Positions 12,034-23,249 of a stretch of 64,000 bases of DNA are shown piece after piece. Source of the DNA: Stegostoma tigrinum (lineage: Eukaryota); contig NC_081365.1 of the NCBI RefSeq assembly GCF_030684315.1, positions 36,607,394 through 36,671,393 on the forward strand, given 5' to 3'. The stretch's first letter is position 1; each line of letters begins with the position of its first letter. The position numbers and the translations under genes are program-made. Below the pieces are notes generated by a model. It did not search any database. It was not told where the DNA came from and saw nothing but the letters and a program-made list of their open reading frames with translations.

Positions 12034-14087
12034 GATAAGGTATGAATGCATTAAAGAGATAGGCACAAGAATTGGACCGAATCCATCTACTATGAAATGG
12101 ACATCATTTCTATAGAAACAAGTACACTGATTGCAGGCATTTCAATGCATTTTATATCACCATTCAGACTCCAACGTTCTCTATCCCTCTTCATTACAAT
12201 GTCTACACTACAAAAGTACTTTGTCTAGGATAATTTTAATCAACCAAGCTGCAAAACGATGCTTGTCTCTTTCCTCTTCCTTCTCTCTCCAGTTCATATT
12301 ATTAACAGTTGAGCTCTATTTCGACTGCAAAATGTGGACCTGAGTATTACTAATCACAGGTAACACAGCATGCTGAGTTTTTATTAACAAGTCAGGAGGA
12401 ATACAAATGAACAAGGGTTTGTGATGGTCTTCTCACATCAACAGTTCTAACTGAGACAAAGTTGTTCAAATGTGAGATTTTTCTTTACTAACAGAGTGTC
12501 CTCTACAAAGCTGAAAAAACAGGAAAGATTTATTTGAGCTTATGATCAGAACCAGGATATTGTTGAAGCTACAATCAGCAGCTTGGGTTGTGATGACTGG
12601 GGAAAAACAAAAAACACTTGCTGGAAATTGTGAGAACTTGGGTAAGGGTAGAATTAAGGTCAGATGAAAAATTCACCACAACCAGACAGCCTGTGAACCA
12701 AGATAGTTAAGACAAAAACAAGATAAATAAGCACTTAGAAAAACTACTACAGGTCACTCAGAATTGGTAGAATATTATGCCAGCATACGTCATCACCTTC
12801 AGAATGGGAGAACATTGAAGAGGATAAAAATACTTGTAAGCATTCATGATTGAAATCTTGCCAATTTCTGCAGAGATTTGAATAAACTGCGCATGGGAAT
12901 TGGTCTGAGAAAAGATCAATTATTTTCATAACGTTTTGTAAAACATTAAACTCCTAATACAATATTAATTTGATGACAAAATAAGTGACAATAACATCTA
13001 CAATTCACTTAAAAATGGAATTAAAGGAATCTATGTTTATTATTTTCAATTTAGCTTTGAAATTGTGAAAGGTGAAGAGAACTCCTTTAGTTACAACATT
13101 CTCATTTTATTATGTGATCTCTGAATTCATAAGTGTAACTTCAGGAGATTGAACAAAAACGCATGCAATGTATTGAAATACAATACCGTTCAAATAACGT
13201 TGGCTAAAATGAAGAATGGCACATAGTGCGATACTTTCATTAGTAGGTCCAGGCACTATATAGCCTCCAAGATGAGGCCTCAAACCTCAACAGTTGCTCA
13301 TGGCAAGGTACCATTTTAGTAAAGGAAGTGAAGCCTCTGGGACAAACGGATGATTGTTGGTGGTTAAGTATCAGTTAAAATATCAACTTGTGTTCATTAA
13401 AGGAAAAAGCACAAAGCATTTTAGAAACAATTACTCGTCTTAATGTGATTTCTTGTTTGGGAGTAGGGTTGAGGTGAATTTCAAATATTACTAGAAAGGG
13501 ATACTTGTCATTTATTGTTCACTTTCTACTGGAGCTGTGAAGAGGACCTCAAACATGTCGAGAATGTTTTGTCAAGCTTTTACCAGCACTCTTTCAGTGT
13601 TTATTCTGAAAATATGCCTTGTGTTATTCTGCCATATTGGATACCTTGTTATGAGTCTAGAGGAGAAAGCAAATGCTTAGTCAAGGGAATCTTACAAAAG
13701 GAGCCCCTTAGTCTATATGAGGAATTGGAGGACGACACAAGGCTAGATAGAGCAGCATTTGGGACTCACTACAACAGGAGGCCTAGAACAGGTACAAACT
13801 CTCTCTCCTTCTCTAGAACTACTGCACCAATTCAGAGACCTGTGTTCCCTCTCAGTCAGTGCTTGGGCCATTCTGCAACATGTTGGGTGGCAGCCAGTGC
13901 ACTGGACATTTCAGTTCAAGTTGACAAAACTGATTCCAGTGATGAGGGCTTTCAATTCAAATAGATACCTTATTACCATAGACAAAACCACTCAATTTGT
14001 TGAAGCTGCAACTAACAAGAACGCTGGATTTATTATTGAGAAGTACTACGGCAAGTGGAATTCAGTCACAGAACGTTTTCAGAACAG

Positions 14088-14249
14088 CGATAACACAGTG
14101 TGGAGCTGGAGGAAGACAGCAGGCCAGGCAGCATCACAGCAGCAGGAAAGTTGATGTTTTGGGTCAGGCGTCAACTTTCCTGCTCCCTTCCTCCAGCTCC
14201 ACACTTATCTCCGACTCCAGCATCTGCAGTTCTTGCTCTGCTGGAGCAA
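14088..14249. mobile_element. Degenerate fold-back Penelope-derived element (family B-related)
   Basis: Inverted segments GTGTGGAGCTGGAGGAAG/CTTCCTCCAGCTCCACAC and GCAGGAAAGTTGA/TCAACTTTCCTGC. TSD TTTTCAGAACAG at 14076-14087 and 14250-14261. Confidence 0.75.
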
Positions 14250-14917
14250 TTTTCAGAACAGTGATGTGACAAAGCCTTGCACTTATGATCCTACCCTTTG
14301 AATTACTGACGTGAGCCTGAAAGAGACATGAGCTGGTGGTCAGCAATTTCTATCGAACAATGAAAGGAAAAATTAGGATAAGTAGTTACCTACCCATTTC
14401 CATGTATCCATTAGGGACTGCTTTCAATGTTTAAATAAAGCGAGTCTTGTTTCACAAAAAGAAACTTAATTCTATTTATTTAGAAGAGAAATTTCTTTAG
14501 CAAAAAAAGGACTTGAGCCAAATCATTTTTTAAAGTTTCATTATTTCAGTAAATAAATGTACTCAGAACTACAAATATTATTGTTTATTGTTCTCAATAG
14601 GTCAAATTCGTCAGTTAAGTATTTGTTTTATTTGAAAACTTCAGCAGCAGACCACACATCATCTCTGATGTGTTATCAAGCAATTGAATAATGTTATAAT
14701 ATACCTAAAACAAATAAACATTATTTTAATGCTAATAGTCAGCAGCACCTCTGCAACAAAAAAAAGTTTCAACCGTACAATTCTAGTTTAAGTTTCCTGC
14801 ATCATTTATTAAAAACATTTAAGTTTGGCACATCCACATCAAAAGTATATTTTAAAACAAAAAGTTTCAAAGGAAGGAAACTATGTGTGTGGTTGATAGA
14901 CTCAGTGCATGTCTTAC

Positions 14918-15064
14918 ATTTGTTTGTTCTTTCCGAAGTCGTTTTAGTAGCGTTAAATTATCCATGTCTTTATTTCTCTCTTCTCGTAGTTTGTTCACCC
15001 TACTGGAGCTTTGGTTTATGCAGGTCTTTATGGCTTTTTCCCTACTAGTGTGTGCCTGTTTTAG
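14918..15064 (-). CDS. MIX23: MIX23/CCDC58 coding exon 3 of 5
   Basis: Poly-T tract plus TAG acceptor; encodes LKQAHTSREKAIKTCINQSSSRVNKLREERNKDMDNLTLLKRLRKEQTN; GTAAG donor. Confidence 0.95.
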
Positions 15065-15519
15065 CTAAAAGAGAAAAAAAAAGGAAGATAGATACACAAA
15101 ATTGACCAAGCTTGCAGCATAGAATTCTTTCGCTTGGTTTGACTTGATGCAGTAGACATATCATGGTCCATTTTCTGGGCTACACAAGTAAATAAAAGCA
15201 AATTTAGAGAAACAAGTGGATGAGTATTATGATGAAAAACACAATAAGCAGTGTAATGATATTTAAAACTGGAAATATATTTGGAAATAGGGCACACATT
15301 TTAGACCATTCTTTATATCTCTATGCAACCTTAAAAAAAACTGTTGTGATTAGGTGAATCTTTAATAATTGGAGTATTGTCAGTCAGGGAGTAGAATAAG
15401 CACCCCAAAATCACCTGTATCATTAGAAACGCTAACAGAACTCTATTATTTATTGTAAAAGAAATTAAAGACAAAATTAGGGAGGTTATGTTTCAGTTTT
15501 ATGGGAGAGACCTAAGCTG

Positions 15520-16140
15520 ATTTGATTTATTTATCGTCATGCGTATTTTGTTACAAAATACAGTTAAAAGTGTTGTACAGTGTCACCACTCTCCGACGCC
15601 ATCTTAAAACAGAGAAATAAACCAAATCATAGAAGGGCAGAAGAATATATAAATAAAGAAGTGTTCAACTTTATAGTCCTTCTTGTTAAGTGCTCTGGCA
15701 TGGGCCCCCTGGCCAGGCACAAGACCCTTCATTGCGCCACTGCTACTAGAATAAAAGTCACTACTCCTCAGTGTTATCTCACCTCCACCAATACCCTTGC
15801 CACTAAGAGTCCTTGTCAATGCAGCCACCACCTAAGCCGCCAACATGAGTCCCTGATGCAGCAGGGTCTCGTACTGGGCCCAAATTCACCTCTGGGTCAA
15901 CGTTAGGACCACCTCAATGGCGCAGATGCCACCAGGAACCCAAACTCCGACACCGCCGCCATGAGTATGGCCAGGGCTGACTGGCTGACTGCCAAACGCC
16001 ATCACAGAGGCCAAGCTTTTCAAAAAGCGGTAAGTAAAATAAAAGAGAAAAAATGAAAAGAAACAAAAAGAGAAGTGGGCGGACGGACAAGCCCCAGGCT
16101 CAGAAGTCTACCTCCATTATCAGCTTGCTGGAGAAGTCCT
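15520..16140 (-). repeat. Unclassified interspersed repeat, same family as 28090-28575
   Basis: Its reverse complement aligns by eye with 28090-28575 and ends in an AATAAATAAATCAAAT tail. Confidence 0.7.
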
Positions 16141-16179
16141 CAGGTCTCAACATCTTAAACTGGTTAACAGCCAAATATG

Positions 16180-16406
16180 TTTCAGTGATAATGGGAACTG
16201 CAGATGCCGGAGAATCTAAGATAATAAAATGTGAGGCTGGATGAACACAGCAGGCCCAGCAGCATCTCAGGAGCACAAAAGCTGACATTTCGGGCCTAGA
16301 CCCTTCATCAGAGAGCCTGATGAAGGGTCTAGGCCCGAAATGTCAGCTTTTGTGCTCCCGAGATGCTGCTGGGCCTGTTATGTTCATCCAGCCTCACATT
16401 TTATTA
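16180..16406. mobile_element. Fold-back Penelope-derived mini-element family B with hammerhead motifs
   Basis: Arms 16222-16311 and 16317-16406 are near-perfect inverted repeats. TSD TTAACAGCCAAATATG at 16164-16179 and 16404-16419. Confidence 0.9.
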
Positions 16407-16509
16407 ACAGCCAAATATGCTGATTCTGTCCAAAACACATCACATCCCACTGATCCAGACTGAATCCCATTAGCCACTGATCAGCCCACCTGACCAGCCT
16501 ATATCCTCC

Positions 16510-17160
16510 AGTATGTATAACAGTGTGTCTCTTAAGGATGTAAATGCTTCAGAAGTTGAAAGAAAATTTCGCAAACTAATTTGGAGGGGCTGTCTTACAA
16601 GGGAAAGATTAGGCATGCTAGGCTTATATCCACTGGAGTTTAGTAGGATAGGAGGCAGCTTGATTGAAAAATTGAAGATCCCGAGGGGTCATGACAGTGT
16701 TAGCTATGGAGAGGATATTTCTTGTTCTGGGAGAATCTAGAACCAAAAGTCACTGTTTAAAATAAGGGATTGCCATTTAAAACAGAAAGGAGGCAAAAGT
16801 GTTTCTCACAGGGAGTGAGAAGTCTTTAGAATTTTCTTCCTGAAAAGACAATGGAAACAGACTGAATGTTTAAAGCCAGAGATGGATTTTCAATCAACAT
16901 GTTCAGATATATTATGACACATCTCTGGAGCAAGTGGGACTTGAATCCAGTCCAACTAGCTCAAAGGTATGAGCATTACCCCTGTGCCACAAGAACCCCC
17001 CCAGAGCTACACAGAATTCTTGGTAAGCAAGAGGATGAAAGGTTTCGGTGTACATGATATTGTGGATTTGAGGTTACAATCATTTCAGCCATGACCTTAC
17101 TAAATGGTAGAGCAGCTTCATGGGGCAGAATGTCTTACTCCTGCTTCTTGTTCATACGTG
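16510..17160 (+). mobile_element. CR1 LINE 3' fragment, with a small tRNA-SINE head inserted at ~16900-17010
   Basis: ORF 16513-16740 contains ERLGMLGLYPLEFSRIGGSLIE. Confidence 0.8.
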
Positions 17161-18124
17161 CATAGGCTTGCATACGGCTACTCTGTCACCAGACAAACCG
17201 TCCTTGTTCCTTCTTAAGTTTCTAATTACATTTTTCAAAGGCAGAGACAGGCAATCAATAACTGACTAATACTGTCATTAATTGAGGCATTCAGTCTGTG
17301 ACAGAGTGCTGGTGAAATAGAATCATCTGGTGTGAAATGAAGTGGTGTATTTTGATGGTCACCTTGGGGAAATGTAAATGGACAACCAAGTATGGATCGG
17401 ATCATGACATCAATCTTGTATTAAGTTTATTGCAAGACTGAATCAAGGTTCTGCCTGAGTATAGATCAGGCAGAGTGAACGTCTTCCTGGTATCCCAATA
17501 AAATTCATGACAGCAGACAAGTATACTCTCTTCCAATGGATCACATGCCCAGTTCCAAAGCAGAAATTACGATGCCTCTGAGAATTGTGCCAGATGGGAA
17601 GCTATGTAGTTGTTGTACCAGGAAGTGATTATATACTACACAAGCTTGTTTTACCTAAGATTATTAGGTCAAACAGACTTTAATTTGAAATAGGACACTA
17701 AGACCATAGCAAGCCAGGCAGTATTTGTTCTTCCAGGCCCCCATTTGTCTACCTTGGATTCCAGCATCTGCAGTTTTTGTGGCTTTTCCTAGTTTTCCTT
17801 TATCTAGACTTTAATTTGAGCAGGATTTAAACAAAGGTTTTGAGGATGCAAGAACTTCTCTCTTTCGGCTTTAATTAAACACCAATGAAATGAAGCTGGC
17901 TACAATTGTGACAAGGTCAGATGTCTCCGATTTGAGCTCAACCAATTAAATATAGCACCTAAGGTCCATGCCTTACAGTGGAACTAGATGTGGAATTTTT
18001 CAGCTTACAATGCAAAATCCCCAATTCTACTTTGTTTAGGTCCAGTTCACTCACATAAAACATGCACTAATCAGAAAAATATTTATCAATACCCAGCAAA
18101 GAAATTGAAGATATGAATTAATGT

Positions 18125-18850
18125 GACCATAGATATGTAGGAGCAGAGGAACAGGACGTTCATTCAGCCTCTTCAGCCTGTTCCGCCATTCAATGTAATT
18201 ACGGCTGATCTGTGGCCTAACTCCCTATACTTGTCTTTGGCCCATATCGCTTATTGCCTTCGCTTAACAAAAGCTTACCTACCCCAGGTCTTAAACTAAC
18301 AACTGATCCAGTATCTACTGCAGTTTGTGGAAGAGAGTTCCAAAACAGCCAGCACCCTTTGTGTGGAAATGCTTTCCAACATCTCTCCTGAACAACTTTA
18401 TAATTCTAATTCTCAGATTACACCTCTAGTTCCAGAATCCTAAACTAATGGAAATAATTTCTCTCTTTAGCTACCCTGTCTTTTCTAGTTAATATCTTGA
18501 AGACTTTGATCAGATCACTGCTTAACCTTCTAAATACTGGAGAAAAGAAAACCTAATTTGTATAATCTCTCCTCACAACTTGAACATTGGAATTCAGGTA
18601 TCATTGCTGTAAATGTATGTTGTACTTTCCCCAATGCCAATATATCCTTCCTAAGATGTGGTGCTAAGATCTGCAAACAGCACTGCAAGTTGTATCGAAC
18701 CAGGGATTTGCATAACTGCTCCATAACTTCTGCATCTTTGTATCCCATTTATCAAGACATAAAGGCCAGCATTCCATTGGCCTTCTTGACTACATTCTAC
18801 GTCTATTCATAAGATTTTAAAAATCTATGCACTTGAACCCCCAAGTCTCA
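18125..18850 (-). mobile_element. CR1 LINE 3' fragment
   Basis: ORF 18530-18748 contains LAPHLRKDILALGKVQHTFTAMIP. Confidence 0.85.
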
Positions 18851-18965
18851 TACTTGAATGAACTGGTCACCTTTTTAACCATCAAAATTTAACTAGCCCA
18901 CCACGCAATGAGTTGCACATTATAAATCAGACTTCAACTTTGTTTTTGTGGGGTCTTTTTTACTA

Positions 18966-19166
<201 letters not shown>

Positions 19167-19393
19167 CTATTGATAGGAATAAAAAAGGAGGTATTGCATT
19201 AGTAATACTGATAAAATTAACTAATGCAGTTGGATGAGGTCCAGGCATTATCTACAGCCAAATAAACAGACTTACTATCATCTGTGCTAAAGGCTACATA
19301 AAGACTATGCCTTTTTTAAATAAACCACAGGCAAGACCTCAGCCAGAATACTGAGTACAACTATGACATTCACGAAAATGCCAAGGTCTTGTT

Positions 19394-19702
19394 CATAGAA
19401 TCCCTACAACATGGAAGGAGGCCATTCAACCCACCATGACCACACCGATTCTAAGAGCAGCCCCTAACCTATCCCCAAAACTTTGCATTTACTGTGGCAG
19501 ATCTACAAGCCTGTACATCTCTGGACGGAATGGCCAATTAGCATTGCGTACGCATCATTGGTCTGTGGGAGGAGACCGGAGCACTCAGGAAACCCATACA
19601 AACATGGAGAGACTGTGCAAACACCCGACAGTCATCCAAGAGTAGAATCAAACCTGGGTCCCTGTTGGTGTGGGGCAGCAGTGCTAACCATTGTGACGCC
19701 CC
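19394..19702 (-). mobile_element. HE1-like tRNA-derived SINE
   Basis: tRNA-like head (TGGTTAGCACTGCTGCC, GGTTTGATTC) on the minus strand and a GGGATTCTATG tail. Confidence 0.8.
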
Positions 19703-20429
19703 ATGGTGTAGTTTATAAAAAAATTCTCTGTGGGATTAGGTGTTGGCAGCTGGACAGTTGTCTTTAACAAGGTTGTGACAAGGTGCCTTCTTGAATTGCT
19801 GGAGTTCATTTGCTGTCGGTTGGTCCATAATGGTATTTGAGGAAATTCCAGGATTTTGACCCAATAACAGTGAAGGAATGGCAATATGTTTCCAAGTCAG
19901 GAAGATGAGTGACTTGGAGGGGAACTTGCAGATGATTGTGTTCCCAAGGCTGCCTTTGTCTTTCTCAATGGATATATGAGGAATGTCAGGGATCAGGGGC
20001 TATGATTATATTGCCAGCCTGGAGAGGTGGGGACTGTTCTCCTAGGAGTACAGAAAATGAAGTAACTTAATAGAATCACTTAAAGTGATCTTCTTGTGAA
20101 AAAACATTAAATTGTTCCTACTGACAGGTCAGAACACAGCAGATACAAATTTATGATAACTGTCAAAGAGGACGGGGTGGGGACAGCAGAAACGTGGTGG
20201 GAAAGAGTCAGACTTTCTTTCATGAAACAAGTAGTTATAATTTGAAATACACTGCCTTCAAAAAGGAATTGGATATGCACTTCAGAAAGGAAATATCTAC
20301 ATGGTTATGGTGAAAGAGTAGAACTTTAAGAACCAGAACTGTACAATTGACCAAATGCAGCTTTTCTACGTTGAACATACTTCTAAAAGAACATATTTCT
20401 TCATTTTTCTGAAGTGGTGCTACTAAGGT

Positions 20430-22520
20430 TAGAATTTATTGCCAGAGAATATGGTGATGAGCTACCATCTTGAACAACTGGATTCCTCGTGGTGTAATAT
20501 CATTAAGATATCCATCCACCATTTTTAACCAAGCAACAATGAAGGAATGACAAATTGCTTTTAGGTTCAGATGTACAATTGGGAGGGAAACTTGTAGGTG
20601 GCAGTGTTCACATGCACTTGCCATCTTTTCCTTCTAGCTGGTGGGGTTCACAAGTTTGTGACTTGCTCCAGTACATCTTTTGCACGGTACATAGGACGGT
20701 CTTGTTGCATGATGCACTGAGAGGGGAGGCAGTGAACTTTTAAACAATGGGATGCCAACCAAGCACATTGCTTTGCTATGCAGGCCCAAGTATTGTTAGC
20801 TTTGCATTCATCCAGTGAATCAGAGATCATTAGATTAAACTCCTAACTTGTTCTTTGTAGTCCTTGTAAAAGCTTTGAGGAATTAAGAAAATGAGTCATT
20901 TCCCACAGAATATCCAAATTGTGACCCGCTCTTATTAGAACAGTATTTACGCCACTTAGTCCAAGCTTGAACATTAGCTATGTTTTGTTATATACATCCA
21001 TTTCAAATGGCAATGAGCACACTGTACAGTGAACATTCCCACTTCAGATCTATGATGGATGAAGCACCTGAACATGAGTGGCTCTAGGGCATGATCCTGA
21101 CTAATTCCTCCAACAACATCCTAGGGCTTAGATGGTTGGTCTTCAAAGATCCTAAACACCTTCCTTAATGCCGATTGTCCTCCCACCACCATTCACTGAT
21201 TCCCACTTACTTAAATTTTACTGAAACTCTCTGATGCTGTACTTAGTCAAATGCTGCCTTGATGCCAAGGGTAACCTTTCTCTCATTTTGTATCTGAAAT
21301 TCAGCTGTGTCCACGTTACAACTAAGGCTGTAATAAGTTCTAGCGCTGAGTAATGCTGCTGAAACTCAAACTGAGCAAGCAGGTTATTATTCTGTAGACG
21401 CTTCCTAATATCATTATTGACAATTTCTTTATCACTTGTCTGATGATTGAGAGTAGACTGATGGGTAGTAATTGGCCAAATTGGACTTATCCTGCTTTTT
21501 GTGGACACACGTATTTGGGCAATTTTCTACATGGTTGCACAGATGCCAGGCTTCGAGCTGTTCTGAAAAAAAAACTTGTTTAAGAGCATGGCTAGCTCTG
21601 GAATACAAATATTCAATACTACTGCTGGGATGGTGTCAGGATTATAGATTTTGCAATGTCCAGTGTCTTCAGGCATTTCATAATATCACGTGGAATGAAT
21701 CAAATTAAAGGCAGAGTTGTAGGAACAGGCCAAGATGGATCAAGTCACTTGAAAATGCTTGCATCTACATATTTTCACAGATGCACTAGGCTTCAACCAT
21801 ACTGAGGATGGGGAAGTCAGTGGAACTTTCTCCTCAGGTTAATTATTTAAACGCACACTGTCTTTCACAACTAGATGTGGGAAGACTGCAGAGTAGACTA
21901 CTGATCTAATCCATTGGTTGTGGTATTGCTCAGATGTTGATAGCATGCTGCCTCCATTATCCCATCTAACAGTGGTTGCATCACACTGTAGGATGCATCT
22001 TCAGTGTGAAGAGGGAATTCAGTTATCACACACTTGTGACAATCATTCTTGTCATGAGGTTACCATGAAGAACCCACTATTTTCAACCTTGCAGCCAGCT
22101 GAGCTACAGTAACCCTAACGTTAAATATTTCTCTCTTATGGTTCTATGAGACTTTGGCAACTTTACCTTTAGATATACCTTCAACAGGTAGATTGGTGAT
22201 GATGAGAAAGAAGGTTTTTCCCTCTTTCTGATTCCTTCGTCATCTGCCACAGATGTTCTTTAAGCCTGGCCAGTCTATTAACAATATTGCTACTTAGACA
22301 TTTTTACTAATACTAAAGACCTCTATTGCGAACACATTTGTGCCCCTTCCGTTCCCAGTATTATTTTTCATGCGATGTTCAACATGTCGTGGGAGGGGCG
22401 GTGGTGGAGGAGGAGATTATCAGGCTTCCTTGCCCTTTTTGCTACAATATTTCGTGGGATCTAGAATCAATGTTGAGGCTTTCCAGAGCCATTTGCTCCA
22501 GAGTGAACACAATTATATCA
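20430..22520 (-). mobile_element. Degenerate LINE of the CR1/L2 group (second family); related pieces at ~19730-19965, 27090-27710, 31440-31620 and 48470-48770
   Basis: ORF 21218-21508 contains NNNLLAQFEFQQHYSALELITALVVTW, resembling the RT QFGF...DLITALV..W motif. The 3' sequence is shared with 63620-63975. Confidence 0.7.
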
Positions 22521-22527
22521 TCAATAT

Positions 22528-22756
22528 CAGAGATAATGTGAACTGCAGATGCTGGAGAATCCAGGATAACAAAGTGTGAAGCTGGATGAACACAGCAGGC
22601 CAAGCAGCATCTCAGGAGCACAAAAGCTGATGTTTCGGGCCTAGACCCTTCATCAGAGAGGCTCTCTGATGAAGGGTCTAGGCCGAAACGTCAACTTTTG
22701 TGCTCCTGAGATGCTGCTTGGCCTGCTGTGTTCATCCAGCTTCACACTTTGTTATC
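22528..22756. mobile_element. Fold-back Penelope-derived mini-element family B with hammerhead motifs
   Basis: Arms 22565-22660 and 22662-22756 with a 1-nt loop and a 37-nt tail at 22528-22564. TSD TATATCATCAATAT at 22514-22527 and 22757-22770. Confidence 0.92.
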
Positions 22757-22803
22757 TATATCATCAATATGATGGTTCTGTCCTGCCACTGGGACAGGAA
22801 ATA

Positions 22804-23010
22804 CAGGTAGTTCTATAACACGATTATTGCATTTTTGTGTGACTTCATGCTATTGAAAGTCACCATAGAAAATTATGTTATAGAGAAACCGCAATAGGAA
22901 AATCACTATAAATGTACAGCAGGAAGCTCATGTTATACAAACAGCATCCACTAGTCAATTACGTTACAGCCAATTTGCATTAACGGAACACGTTATAGCA
23001 GAACTACCTG
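22804..23010. mobile_element. Tc1/mariner-Tigger-type MITE
   Basis: Terminal inverted repeats CAGGTAGTTCT..ATAAC / GTTATAGCAGAACTACCTG, flanked by TA at 22802-22803 and 23011-23012; 207 bp, non-coding. Confidence 0.8.
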
Positions 23011-23249
23011 TATACCAGGATGGTATACCAAACATCAACATGTAATATCTTCTGATATGCACTGGTATTGGTTGCATATTTAAAAAGTTAAGGGGCAAAC
23101 TAACTCCCAAGAATTTTGAAAGCAGGAGGTATCAGACAATGGGAACTTTCACACTGCTTGAGATTTGAATCAGGTCTTCTGAACATCTGCTGGCCACATG
23201 AGAAAAATGTCCAAGTCACTGCCTTCTCCGTCGTAGCATTAAACCGTAA

